A stretch of DNA of 64,000 bases from Cenococcum geophilum (Eukaryota): NCBI GenBank assembly GCA_050273025.1, contig CP158635.1, positions 7,502,001 to 7,566,000 of the forward strand, written 5' to 3'. Under the pieces are notes generated by a model that worked only from the letters and a program-made list of their open reading frames with translations, did no database searches and was not told the origin of the DNA. This document shows, one piece after another, positions 11,903-26,800 of the stretch (positions are counted from its first letter, which is position 1; the number at the start of each line of letters is the position of its first letter). The position numbers and the translations under genes were made by a program.

Positions 11903-14900
11903 TGTTAGCGACTCAGTCAATCGAGACATAAGTACGGCAAAATGGTCGCGCAAGCCTGTACGATTGGATTGTCTATAAACGAGAATCTAAAGCTAAAGAA
12001 AGGAAAGGAGAAGAAGGGGAGCGCCGCTCGAAGCTATATACGATCTTCGCGTCATATAACCACAATATGCGGTAATCTGTGGCAACTTGCTGGTGCGTAG
12101 TTTTGCTAAGTTCTGCCAGTGCTATAACATTACCCCCCCCTCTAAAAAAGCCTGCCCTTAGGCTTTGCCGCTAAAAGTCTTAGCAAGAGAATCTAACTAA
12201 TTAGACAACTTTAACCGCCGGTTAAAGTTCCTAGACATCTTAACACCTTACGTAATTAAGAAATTTCTGGGGCGTTTTTATCCTTATATTCTTCTAGTAG
12301 CTTATTATCTTTATTATACTAGCACTCTATCTACTTATCTAGATACTTTAGCGGTCCGGGTTTATTAGGGTAACGGCTATAAAACTCCTAAAGCTTATAG
12401 GGGCTACCTATAAAGTTCTATATAGGGTACTAAGTGGGATCCAGGTTATATCCTTTCCAACTAACACGATACTTTAACGTTCCCTTTATAAGTTTACAGG
12501 CCAGTATTTCTTTAATTTTCTATTTATTATTGTTATTAACTTAAATTAGTAGGGGAGGTTTATTCTTTTATCTAGGCAGTAGGTTATTTATAGCTTTCTA
12601 TAGCTTGTCCAGTAAGAAGATAGGGTAGACTTTAATTAAGTCTAGGAGCTTAACCTTATACGAGTTGCCTACTTTATTAAGAATCTTATATAGTCCTATT
12701 ATCTTATAGTTTAGCTTACAGCTAGGCCGTTCTATCTTTTAGTTCTTTATTGTAACCTAGACCATATCGCCTATAGTAAAGTTAGGCTTGCGCCTATGCT
12801 TATTTACCTACTATTCCATTAATTTTTGGGCCTTTTTTAGGTTTGTACGGGCTACTTTCTAAGCTTCTTTTAAGCGCTTAGCGTACTACTAGGCTTCCTT
12901 ATAAGATAGTTTTTCGCGTATGGTCTAGGGCCCTTCTAGTCTTTCCCAGTTAAAGCTTATACGGGGTAGGTAACCTATTTCTAGTTAAATAGGGGCAAAT
13001 CCAGTAAAGTTGTGGGGTAGGGTTGCTTGGGCGTAGTCTATTAAGGGCAATAGTTTGGCCTAGTTATCCTAGAAGTAGTTAATAAAAGGCCAGAGTCTCT
13101 AGTCTAAGTATTAATTTATAATCTCCGTTTAACCGTCTATCTAGGGGTAATATACCGTAAAAAGCTTTAGCTTAATGCCTAGGATCTAGGTAAACTTATT
13201 CTAAAAGGCTAATATAAACTATGGCCTATAGTTAGATATAATAGTGTCTAATAGTCCGTAAATTTAGTAGACGTAGTAGATATACAGTTAGGCTGCCTCT
13301 TTAGCATTAATATTTTTGTAACAGGGAATTAAGAACAGGTGCTTACTAAAGCGGTTAACTAGGATTATAACTATATTATATCCGTCACGGTCTAGAGGTA
13401 GCTTATAAAAGTCTATAGAGATATATTGCCAAGGGCAGTTGGGTATTAGAAGGGGTTTTAATAGTCCTAGGGTCTTATCTCGTGGGATTATAGACCTACG
13501 GCAGTCGTTGCAGTTCTATATATAGTAGTTGATATCTATAACTATTCTAGGCCAGTAATAGCGGTTACTAATAATCCTACGGGTCTTATTCTTTTTAGGG
13601 TAGGCCGTAGAGACCTAGGTATGTGCTTTAGCAATAAGCCGAGTCTATAAGTTTTATTCCTCTGCCACTACCAGCCATTCCTAATGCTTAAGTAATCCAT
13701 TTTTAAGGGACTATGGGCTAGTAACGTTCTTTACCTTTTCACGGTACTCCTATAGAGAAGGGGCCGTACGGTTTATCTACAGCAATTTGTCAATTAAGTC
13801 AAGTCCTAAAGGGTTACTAGAATACATCTCGGCGCCTAAGGGGTCTGTACTTAGTTCTGCTTATATCCAGAGGTTAAGGTGCTTTGGTTATAGTAGCGTC
13901 TAGGTCTGTAATAAGATCTTTACAGCCGTATAGTTACCTAGGTCTTATTTGCACCTAGTAAGAGTATCCGTATAGTTTGCAGCGCCTAGTTTATACATAA
14001 TTAAAAAGTTAAACTAAGATAGGACGTCCGCCTAGCGTGCCTACCGGGCTATAAGGGCCTTAGTTGTTATAAAGTATTCTAGGGCCTTATAATCTAACAC
14101 TACTTTAATAGGTTTAGGGGTCCCCTCTAGCTATACACGCCAGTGCTAAAAGCTAGAGATAATAGCTAGCATTTCTTTATTATGGATATAGTAGTTTAGT
14201 TTAGCATCTATTATAGTCTTTAAATAGTATACAATAGGGTGCTATTCTCCATCTAGTTGCTTCTAGGAAAAAACACCGGCTATCACGCCGTTTAAGGTAT
14301 TAGTTTCTAGCATTAAGGGCCATTCCGAGTTAAAGTGGATAAGTAGGGGGGCCAACACTAGCCGTTTTTTAAGCTTATTAAAGGCCTGCATATATATGGC
14401 GTTAAAGTAAAAGGGCTGGTCTTTCCTAGTAAGGCGGTTAAGAGGCTAGGCGATCCTGCTATAGTTCTTAATAAAGTATTAGTAGAAGTTATAGAAACCT
14501 AAAAACAATTACACCCCCTTTACGGTCCAAGGGGGCGTCCACTAATTAATTGCGGTTATTTTCTCTAGGTTGGCCTTAATTCCGTCCGTACTAATAATAA
14601 AACCTAGGTACTTTATACGCTTAACACTAAATTCCGACTTCTTAATATTGGCCTGGAGGCCAGCTTCGCAAAGCCGTTATAGAACTTTATAGATATGCTC
14701 CTTATATTCCAGTTCGTTCTCTAAATAGATTATAATATTATCTAGATAGGCCGTATAGAAGTCGTTAAGGTAGTTAAAGAGTACATTATTTATATACCGC
14801 TGGTACGTAGCTAGTCCGTTAGTTAGTCCAAAAGGAAGTACCTTATATTTATACGTCCTATAACGGGTCCGGAATATAATAAAATCCTTAGACCCGGGGT

Positions 14901-17882
14901 CTATCCTAATTTAGTAAAAGGCCTAGCGGATATTAAGCTTTATAAAAACCTTAGCTCTACTTATTTAGGTAAGAGTCTTATTAGGTAAGGGCAGTGGGTA
15001 GCGGTCCTTGCGGGTTATATTATTTAGCTTATAGTAGTTAATACAGAAGCGCAGTCCTCTATTTGGCTTTTTAATAAAGAGAATAGGGGAGTTAAAAGGG
15101 GCTTAGCTAGGCTTAATAAAGCCCTTATTTAGGTTATTAATAAGGTACTACTTTATAGCCTATAATTTGGCAATAGACTGTAGGTAGAGAGGGCTAAAGC
15201 TAAGGGTACTTCCCTTGTCTTGCTTAATCTTAATCTTATAGTTATACGGTTAGTAGGGTGGAAGTATATTAGACGCTACCTTAGAGAATATATCCTTAAA
15301 TTTCCGGTGTTAATCGGGTAGTTTTTACTCCACTAGTTCTTTATCTATAAGCCCGCTTTTTTATCCACTAAGCTTACTTTCTTTTTCCTTAATTATTTAG
15401 TTAATTTTATATAGGCTAGTTATAAAGGTAACGGTATTAGGCTAAACCAGGTTCTAGTAAAATCCTATAGCGCCAATATAGCAGATATTAACTAGTGGGA
15501 GGTCCGTAAGTTTCTTTAGCGTCCGTTAGGCCGTGGTTTGCGGTATAAGGTTTATAGTCTTCCTTAGCTCACGTTCTATTTTCTATAAGTTGTCCTTTCT
15601 ATCTATTAGTTTAGTATAGCGTCCAATATCCTTAGCTTTCCTTTATGGCTTTGTAGGGTTCTTTATAGGGAACTTAGTTAGGTCATTACCGACTTCCTAG
15701 GTCTTTAGTGCGGGTGGCGTAATATAGGTAGTCTGGGGGCGGCGTAGTATACGGATCCGTTATAGGTTAAGCTGTACGTTCTTCTTAAAGGCCTAGTCTC
15801 TACGCATAGTATTGGCCTAGTAAATAGTATTGATCCAGGGCCGTATAAGGTTTTCTATTATAATGCTAATTTCTTTTATAAAGGAAGGGGTTAGGGGTAG
15901 AGTTTTAGGCCAGATAAGCCGTCTACTCCGTACTTTAAGCTGTAAGCCTAAATAGGCTAGCCATTTTCTTCCTAAGATTATATTGTGGCTTCCTAAGTCC
16001 GTAATAAGAAAGGGGGCGTTATACTACCTTTGTCCGTTAACGCGGAGGTAGATCCACAAGATAGTTATAATAGGTGGCCCTATTTGTCCGTTATAACCGC
16101 AAATAGGGATTGGTTTAGGTAGTTCTTTAAGGGGTATATTTAAAAAGTTAGCTAGTTTTACAGCGCACTTTATGTTAATTAAGGTAAAGGTATTTACTCC
16201 TAAGTTAGCTAAAGCAGAGGTTAAAACTTAATATCTATTGCGAAATAAAGTATAAGGGATAGTGCAGCTTCTTTTACCAACTAGCTGACCTAGATCGATA
16301 TGTAATATATTAATCCCTTTTAACCCTAGAGAGGAGTCTTCCTTTAAGGTTCCTCTTTTTTTAGCTCTGTACTATCCTCCTAAATTAATAGGACCTTATT
16401 TGTCCTTACCTTTATTAGGCAGTTCCTTATAGGGTGGCCTATTTAACCGTATAAGAAGCAAGCTCCTTAATTGCTAAGGGCCTATATATAGGGGTCGCTA
16501 TATATAGGCCGGGTGTATACCAGGCCTATAGTAGGGGTAGCTGCGCGGCTAGCTGCTAGGTTAGCTATAGGAGTTACCAATTATGCCAGGGCACTATGGG
16601 CCGTACTTGTAGTACTTGCGGCCTAGTTTATAAGGTTTCTAGTTTTTAGCTGGTTAGCGCGTGCCTTAATTTAATAAAGGCCTTAGTTAATAGCTAGGCA
16701 ATAGTCCATAAGTTCCTTTAACGTTTATACCGTAGTATAAGCTAGTAATATGGCCCGCTGTAGGTCTAGGGTAAGCTTGTTAAAGAGGTCTAGTAGTAGG
16801 TCTTTCTGGGGGATCTAGGCCTGTCCGGCTAGGTATAGAAAGCGGGTTTAGAAGGCTAAAAAGGTCTCCGTTGTTTTTATATTTAGGCTTTTATAGCTAA
16901 GGCGGGCGTTTTATACTTTAAAAGGGTCCTTATAAATAGAAGATAAGTATTTAATTATTTCTTTTTTAGAGATAAAGGGGTCTGCTAAGTCTTCAGTGTA
17001 TCGCGGACGTAAATGCGTCTAGGCGTCTCCGCTAGTACGGCCAAAGACGTAGGCTATTCTAGCTTGGGCGTTAAGGAAGTGGTCTATATTAACTTTAAGC
17101 TTGTCCCATAATTGGAGCTTCTAATTATTAAATATAGGGTCGGTTCCGTTTATGAGTAGTAGGGGGTCCGTGACCTTTGTTGACCGCTTTGGTGCTATAT
17201 AGGCCTTAGTAGATCTACTAAGGTACTAGGATAGGGCCTAAAGGACTATAGTAAGTCTTTAGTTGTTTAATAATGACTTATTATTAGATATAGGGGTATC
17301 TCTGGCTTTAAGCAGCTCTTGTAATTATTTAATTTTGGTATTAGTAGCCGCAAGCTCCGCCTAGGGGGTTAAAACGTTAATTATTTCTTTATTTAAAGTA
17401 TTTAAGGGTCCTATAGCTACTTTACCTACTGCTATGGTTTGTGGCATAGTGGTAGGGGTATTAGGTAATTCTGGGTAATTTCTTTAGGGGTTCTAGTCTA
17501 TGCGTATCTTGTAGGTCCTTTCCTTAGGGTTCTGTTCTTTTCTTTTAGGTCCTATCCTTATGGTCCTAGTAATGTCCTTAGGGTCCTATTCTATGTTCTC
17601 GTAGATATATTTAAGTTCCTTCTCAGGAAGAAAGAGTAGAGTAAGCTTTAGATAATGTTAGCGACTTAGTTAATTAAGACATAAGTACGGCAAAATGGTC
17701 GCGTAAGCCTGTACGATTAGATTGTCTATAAACGAGAATCTAAAGCTAAAGAAAGGAAAGGAGAAGAAGGGGAGCGCCGCTCGAAGCTATATACGATCTT
17801 CGCGTCACGTGACCGCAATATGCGGCAATCTGTGGCAACTTGCCGGTGCGTAGTTCTGCCAAGTTCTGCCAGTGCCGTAATA
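11903..17882 (-). mobile_element. Ty3/Gypsy (chromovirus-type) LTR retrotransposon A
   Basis: 227-bp LTRs at 11903-12129 and 17656-17882. TSD CCTAC. PPT (C-run at 12134-12140). RT motif TAYLDNII ~14730-14755. Order gag-PR-RT-RH-IN. Confidence 0.95.
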
Positions 17883-20880
17883 CCTACTACTCGCCCCCTT
17901 GCCTTCTATTACCATTTCCCTTATAACCCAGAACTAATTTAGCACATTTTAACTAATAAGCCACTAGGTGACCGCCTTAAGGCCTTTTTATATTAAGAGC
18001 AGTATATTATAGTTCTCTATACTAGCTACTAAGAGCATTATTTCTCAATTAGTGCGTAGGGGGCATAGTAGTATTACGTGTTTTAGTGTCTATCTTAGCT
18101 AGCCATATTCGCATCTTAGGCTACCTACTAGGACACCCACCCAGTAAAGCCAATCTTTTAGTCCTATTATTCCTGTTCTTAAGAGTGTTACTATTATATT
18201 TTCTGCCTTTATTAGGCCTTCTCGGAGCCCTTAGGTATTTACCCCCTATAGCGTTAACTATACTATAGCTTAGGTTTATCTTGCCTAAGTTAGCCTCTAT
18301 ACCTTTAACTCCTATTCGCCTCTCCAGCGTTAGTCTAACCAGTATTGTATTGCGATAGATAGTTTCCCGGCGTTCTTATATATTCTACTTTAGCTCCTTT
18401 CTCTATCTTGCTGTTATCTTTACTAACCTCTTATGCGTCTCCTTTCCTCCTCTATATAGGCCTAGGCCCTAAAGCGGCACTATTCTTCTTCTACTTTCTT
18501 TACCTATTTCTTTAATATCTCTTCCCTACTTTAGGGTTGTTGGTTTATTCTCCTACAGGGCACCCTAGGGTCCCTCTATAGTTTACTTAGGCGTATCTTA
18601 ATATACTTTATAACATTAGAGTTACGTTTATTTTGCGTCCTTTATATTATAGCGGCTTTAATATATAACTATAGGGGGGGAATATTAGATTCCTTCTTAA
18701 GCAGTACTGTAGCCGTTCGCTTATACCCACCTATAATACTCTAAAGGCAAGCTGTCTGGACCTTTTGAAGTAGTTTAAGGAGTAATTTAGGGGGGCCCTT
18801 CTTAGTTTCTCTAATGGCCTAAATACTAGATCTATATATTATGGTTAGCCGGACAACTACTATATATAGTAGGCGTAACCTCTAGAAGCATAAACCCTAT
18901 ATAAAGTTAACAATCCTAGATAAAGCGATAAACTATACTTAGCCTTTGCGGGCCGCTTATACCATATATACGCTTCACTAGAGCTTACTATCTACCCATA
19001 CTCCTAATACCCTTAGGCCCTAAACTAGTTAACCCCTAAAGCCTTAGATGCGAATTATATACTAAAGATCTACAGATTAGTTGCGTTTTCTTATAAAATA
19101 GATTAGCTGGTATTTCTCTAGTAAGAATTAGACTCTATAACGTTTTGCCTATTCTATATAAGTGTTATAGGCTTTCTCTAGTGTTCTGCAATTCTTTACG
19201 GCTATTAGCCCATATATAATTAGGTTTGTATTGTTAACAAAGCCTATCCCCTAGGTCGCCCCTTCCTTAAAGAAGTCAAGTAGGTTGCTTATAAAGAAAA
19301 GGAAAAGTATAGGCGAAAGGGGTAATCCTTATAGTATTTCTATTATAACTGCAATAGGGGGGCTCTGGTATCTACTAAAGACCAATAATATTTCTTTCTG
19401 GCCTATAAACCCTTAGATAAATTATATAATCTATTCTAGAAAGCCCTTTACCCTAAGGATATATAGAAGACGCTTGTGGGGTATATTATTATAGGCACCA
19501 CTAATATCTAGGCTAAGTATTAATACTATAAAGTCCTTTCGCATCGCCTATGCAGATTTAATAGTGGCAGCGAGTAGCATAAGTGCTAATAGTGTTAAGC
19601 GGTTCTTTCTTACCCCTATTTAGCTTTATAGTAGTAGGGCGTATTCCTCTACCGTATCTACTATACGTTCCGCTATTACCCTTTCTAAGATCTTACTAAG
19701 GGTATTTTCTAAGGCAATAGGGCGGTAGCTTCCTGGGATTAAGTAATCTGCTTTACCTTTTTTTCGTAGGATAACCGTCATTATAGATCTTCTAAGTCGC
19801 GGGTAGTAGCCTATAGCAAAGTATGCTCTAGCTACATCTGTAAGCTAAGGTGCTATAAGTAGCCCACAGGTTTTTAGGGCCTTATTTAGAATCCTATCTA
19901 GTCCTAGTACTATATTATTTAAAAGGCGGCTAATAGTTCTAGCTATTTCCTCTATTATTATATCGCTGTTAACCCGCAGGCAAGTTACCGGTGTTTCGCC
20001 TGTAATATTACTAAGGTCTACTAAAGCCGGTTAGGGGAAGAACCTTTCTATAAGGATCTTTACCTTCTTATCGTTGTCGTTTATAGCCTATAATTCTCCT
20101 ACTCTTTATAGGGGTGGTAGGTGTAGGTCTTCTGCTAAGCGCCCTACCTTTTTCTTTACCCATTTCGCTATAGCCTAAAGGCCCTTATTATAGGGGAGGC
20201 TCGGGTTAAAAGTATGCTTATTTATAAACCGTCTCTAGTTATTCCTTACTTCTTTTTTTAGGGTATTCTTTAACCGGTTTCTTATATCTTTATATTATCT
20301 CTTATCTTTAGGGTCGTGGCTACTTATATATTTCCTTCTTACTTATTATTAGCTAGTAACCAGAACTGCGTATTATATAGACTATACGTGTCGCGTATAG
20401 GGGCCTAGTTTTAAAATCGGGCAGTGCTCTTCCAGCCCATTTTTAATCGCTACCTAGATCCTTTCTAGTCTTCGGTCGATTTCCTTAGGGGTGGCTAATA
20501 AGCCTCGCTCGTTTGGTATTAGGTGGATTTCTTCTAGGTTTTAGAGTTATTATTTAACTATATTAAGGAAACTATCTGTCTTAAGCTTCCTTATTGCGTA
20601 TCTTTTTCTATTTAGTTACGCTTTAGTATCTAGGTCTAGCTATATCTAAATAGGGATATAGTCTAGGGTAAGTGCCTATTCTTCTTTAGGGTTGCACCTT
20701 TTAAGTCTCTAGTATAGGCCTTCGTCTATAAATATAAGGTCAATTATACTTCTAGCAGTACCTCATTACCATATAATTGCTCCTAGGAAAGTAGCTAGCT
20801 TAAAGCCCCAGATATCTATAGCTTTTAGTAGGCACTCTAACTATTAATCTGCAGCAATATAGATACCCTTCCACCACGGG

Positions 20881-23800
20881 TATAACGGAACCTTGTAGCA
20901 AGAACTACGATAGGCTCGTCAATAGGCTAGGTGTGTAGGAAATGCAAGTATAAAAGTCAACAACGTAATAACAACTGGTGGAGTGGTTGCCCAACAGATT
21001 AACTCTAATTATATTCTGAGAATTACTATAAGGAAGGAACTATCTAGGTAGGGACTAAGGGTCCTTAAATACACAACCGTACTCCTATAAAATCCTTCTT
21101 ATACGTAATATACGTATACTCTATCTACTCTGTTATAAATCCTATAGATTATATAGATTACACAAATTATATTATATAACCTTAGTTACTATTCCTTATT
21201 ATATAATTCTATCGGCTCCATCCTAAACTATACCTAAATTAACCAACTAGCTTCTTCCGTCTCTTTTTTAAGTAGTCGTAATATTATACTTAAAGCGTCC
21301 GTAACACCATCTCCCTCCTCTTTATCTTCGTCCTTAAAGATTCAAAATATCTCTAAGTCGTTTACTAGAGGTATAATATCCGTTTAATTAATTTAGTTAA
21401 TATTATTGCTTATTATACCTAAAGCAATTTCTTCTTCCTTAACTGCTCGTCGTGCTCGCACTATCGCTGCAATATTATCTCTTAGTAAGATTATACCGTC
21501 TCCGTATTCTCACTACTTAAAAGAGGGGTTAGTTTATATTACGTTAGCAAACCTATCTTCGCGATAACCGTCCTCTTATTTAGAGTATACTAAAGTAAAT
21601 ATTTATTTGTCCTATAACGTTCGCTCTACTTCTAATGCTAAATATGCGCGACCTATTACCCTTAATAGTCGTCTAGTTCCCTAATTAATTTATCTTAGGG
21701 TCTTATATTTAATCTGCTGCTATATAGCTAGATAATAAACTATCTATTGCTCTTGCTAAATTGCGCTAATCTTAGGATGCTAAATAGGAAGCTGCCGATG
21801 CTCAGCAACGGGCTCTTAAGTCTTATTTAGCGGCGTCTACTTAGTTAATCCGTCTTAAGAAGGTACATAAGAAGGTTTATTTTAAGGAGTAGAAACTTAT
21901 AAAACAAGGTCTATAGGAACTGGGTAATAAAAGAACGGATTTTCTTTTAATAGAGAAGGAAACAGATCTAAGTAGTTTAGCAACTACTCTTTTTAGGTCC
22001 CCCTTAGGTAACTTATTCTTTAGCGATCCTTCTTTATTAATACTGTCTAACCTAATTTCTTCTAATACTCCTATACCTTTTCTATAGCGTTCTTTAGATT
22101 CTCTAATAGTTCCTAGGTAGTCTTAGTATAGCCTATCCACTTAACCTTATACTATATTTTGTCGTTAATATCCTTATAATTAACAATCTTTAAAACTTAC
22201 TATTCGTCTTCTTCTTATCCTCTATATATGTCTACTTTATAAACCGGTGGCTTAATATTCCTATGTGCTAGCTCTAGTATTACAATATACTATATAGGGT
22301 AGATCTTTATTTTGGCTGGTAGGTTTAACTTAAACATAACTAGTAAAATCCTCTATATAACTTTAAAAGGTCCTAGTCTAACATGGTCTAATTTCTTACT
22401 TAGTCGTTAACTCTTAAAATTTTTATATAGTAGCTATACTTTATCTCCCTCCTTAAGATCTGGTCCCTTAGATCTCTTAGCGTTATAGTACTTTTTTATT
22501 CTCTCTTATACTTTCTTTACTAATTCCATAAAGTCTATATAAAGATTTATTAAATCCTTTATTCTCTTTTTAGCTATACTACTTATTTTCTTTACTTATT
22601 ATAGTAACAACAATATTCTTAGCTTATATCCGTAATTTGCCTTAAATAGTAATATACCTATTCCTTCTTAAGGTGTTACATTATATGCAAACTATATAAC
22701 TAGTAATAGTAATACCTAATTATTCTATGCATAATTAATATAATGCCTTAGATACTACTCTAGCGTCTAATTTAATCTTTCCATTTAGCTATCTATCTGT
22801 AAATAATATATAGTGGAAGTTACTACTTAAACTCCTTACTCTGCTAAGAACACTTCCTAGAATACTACTATAAATCTTAGATCCCTATCCGATATAATCT
22901 TACTTAGTGCTCTATATCTTATAAACACTTCTTTAACATAAATTCTAGCGACATCTTCCGCTAAGATTTCTTCTGTATATGCTATAAAGTATCCCCACTT
23001 TATAAGCTTATCTACTATTACTAAGATCGCGTTATAATCTTATCTAGTAATAGGATCTCTTAATTTTGGCAACTTAATAATAAAGTCCTATAATATAACC
23101 TCCTATAGTCTCTCTAGTATTTTAACAGGTTATAGCCCTCCATATAGCTTATACCTTATTAGTTTATTTCTTTAGCAATCTAGATATTCCTTTATAACTT
23201 TTCTAGCTATCCTTTAGATTCCGTTAATAATATATTCCTCCTAGAGTCTTAATACTAAGCTTATAATTCCATTATATCCTTAAGTTAGTCCCTTATAGAA
23301 GTCTTCCACGAACTATTCTGCTATACTCTTTAGGATATACTTTACTTCTTGATTTTCGTATATATCCGCCTATAAATCTTCTAGCTATGCTTTTAGAATT
23401 CTTTATGCCTAAAAGCTTTCTAGTATCTTATAGACTTTCTCTAGTTTATCTTAAGTTACTATAATTTTCGGATAATTATACCTAATTAATCCGTCTATAT
23501 CTTTTCGTAATAAAGCCCCTAATAGCTTTTCCTTATTTTATAGTTTAGCTTTACGGCTTAGAATATCTGCCCGTATATTATCTATACCTTTAGTATACTA
23601 AATCTTAAAATAGTATTCCGTAAGCATCTCTACCTATCTAACCTATCTTTAGTTAAGTTCCTTTATTATTAGGAATCCTATTAGGTTTTTATAATCTGTC
23701 TTAACTATAAATGGTTTCTCTATGCCTTATAAGAATGCTCTTTATTTCTTTAATGCTATAACTATACCTAATAACTCCTTATTATAGATGTTATAGTTTA

Positions 23801-26800
23801 ACTTTAGTAGTATTATCTTCCAACTATAGTATGCTACTGGGTGCTATTTATCTTAATATCTTTATATAAAGCACGCCCCTAATATATAGTCTAATACATT
23901 TATCTTTATAACCATCTCTAGTTTTAGTTAATAGATCTTAAGAACTGGCTCCTAGGTAAATAACTCTTTAACTTTCTTAAAGAGTTCTCTTTACTCCTCT
24001 CCCTATACCTATAGTTCTTCTTTCTTTATTAACCGCGTAAATAGCTTAATGTCCTTTAACCACTGCGCTATAAACCTTCTATAGTAATTGCAAAACCCTA
24101 AAAACAATCTTAACTATATAACGTTCTCTAGTTCCTACTAATTTACTATAGCCTTAATCTTCTTTAAATCTATACTAAGTTGGCCTAGTTCAATAATAAA
24201 TCTAACAAAATTGGTCTTCCTGGTAAAGAACTCGTATTTCTTAATTACTACTAGCATCTATTCTTCTTATAGTCTCTTTAAAACCCATTTAACGTGTTCC
24301 CTATACTCTTCCTTAGTTATTAAGTAGATAATAATATTATTAAGATATACTATAATAAATTTATTTAAGTATTCCCTTAATATATTATTAATACGCTTCT
24401 AGAACGTTGCTAGTGCGTTTATAAGCCTAAATTATATAACTAATAGTTTGTATAGTCCTTCCTTTAACCTAAAGGCTGCCTTCTATTTATCGCCTTCCTT
24501 AATCCTAATCTAATGGTACGCCTATCTCAGATCTATCTTCGTAAAAATTTGCGTATTACCTATCCTATCTTAGATTTCGCTAATTAAGGGTAAAAGATAC
24601 CTATTCTTCCTAGTAATACTATTTAACTGTTTGTAGTTAATATACAGCCTTAGTTTACCGTTTTTCTTTAGTACAAATAATACTGGATAACCCGCTAATA
24701 ACTACAATAGTCTAATATATCCCTTTTATAGATTTTCCTAAATAAACTCTTTTAACGCTCTACCTTCTTCTTCGGTAAGCTTATAGATTAGAAAAAACTT
24801 TAGACTTATTCCTAGTTCTAACTCTATCTTATAGTCCCATACTGCATATTTTAATAGCTTTTTACTTTCTGGTAACTATAGTTTCTTACCGTACTTATAG
24901 TATTTTTTTAGTATATAACTTAGTCCTTTTTCTATTTCTTTATAGGTTGCTCCTACTTAGTACTATACTAACTTAGCTTGTTGTCGCATCTTATAGCATT
25001 AAGTATCTCTTATATTAACCTAACCTGTAATCTAATTAATCCTTAGATTATATTCCTGTAACCAAGGCATACCTAATATTACCTTATCCCGTCCTATTAG
25101 TAGGATATTAAAAGATATCTTAATTTATCTTCCTTTAATAGTTAGCTAAATAGGTCCTATTTTAAGATTAATAATCCCTCCTCTATAGGTTATTAGATCT
25201 CCTAAAATCGTAACTAATAGGTAAGGTTGCTCCTTTTATCTATAAGGTAGTCCCATTCTCTTAACTACTGCTAGTAAGATATAGTTTCGCGTTACTTTAC
25301 TATCTATTAGCGCTTTAAACTGCTAATCTTGCCACTTAATTTGTAAATTTAGGTATTATCCTTAAATTCCTTTAAGGGTCTAAGGCTCTACTACTAGCTC
25401 CCTCTAGTCCTGTAGGCCTCTACTTTTCCTAACTATTAGCTACTTAATTCTTATATACTTAGCTTATTCTTTGGCTAATACCTAGTTCGCTTTTTATCTT
25501 TAATATACTATAGACACATATTTTTTAGGTATTCCCACTACTATTGTCTATCTAAGCATTCTTCCGTAAGGAATCTTCCTGGTTAAAGTACTAAACTTTC
25601 TTCCTCTTGGACCTCTGCTAGATGCCATTTATATATATATTTAGCATTCTTATACTATTGCTTATCCGTTATTTAGTATATCCTCATAGGGTATTTCCGA
25701 TTCTTTTTCTTTAAATTCTTATATATATTATATATGTCGTCTACGCACGCAATCTATAATAACATATGGTGTACTAGGTGCTTTAGGTTAACTCTTAGCT
25801 TGTCTTTATCCCTAAGTTTAAACCTTTATCTTACTAATCTAAACGTTGTAACTTTATTTATAGGTACTAAAACGCGTCTCTTACTTCTCTAGTCCTCTAA
25901 ACGTTCCTCTAGATCCTTTAATATTATAATTAAGGCTCCTTTAATATGCGTTATAGCCTTCTCTGTAATTAGGTGGTCCTAAATAACCTTTTCGTCCAAC
26001 TATATATAGAAATCTTCCCACTTATTATTGTGCCTTTGCCTATACCACTTTTAGTATAATTACTAGAGTGTATATAGTCTATCCATAAGGAAGTATCTTC
26101 TTATTACTGTATTATAATAGCCCTTTATATATCATTCTTTAAACCTAGTTAGAATCCCTAGATCCTCTTTATTTTCTAGTTTAGTAAGCTACTTAGCTCT
26201 TAGTATACCTGCTCTTAGCCTATTAGTAATTCTTTATACTAGTACTCTGTCCTTTATACGTCCTAATGTACTAAATCTTTTATCTAGTTTCTATTCTTAC
26301 TATACAATAATTCTTTATCTAAACTCTTTTATAGTTTCCTTTAGTTTGCGCCTTACGCTCTAATTCTTAAAGTTATCTTACTTCTTAATCCTAGTATTAA
26401 ACTTTTAATCTTTAGGCTAAACACTATATTCTTCTAGTAAGTCTTCTAGGTCTATATATCTATCTCCTAATTTAACTGCTGTTTATATTGCAGATTCTCT
26501 AATCTATAAAGAAGCTCCTTACCTCTTATTTATAGGTATCCTTATTTATTCTCCGAAATCTTAGTCCCTTAAATTCTTTAATCCTAAGCTTGCTTCTAAC
26601 TTAAGCTTAACTCCTACCTTAGTCTAACTAGGCGTCCGTAGTGTTCTTATCTCGTCTTAAGAGTCTTAAATCTTACTTATCTTGTCTTAAGAGTCTTATA
26701 CCTATAGGAAACTCTATCCTAAGCTTATTTGTATATTTCTAAACTAAGCTACTACCCTACTTTATCGGTTTTCGTCCATTGTGGGTCCTTAGGTGTGCCT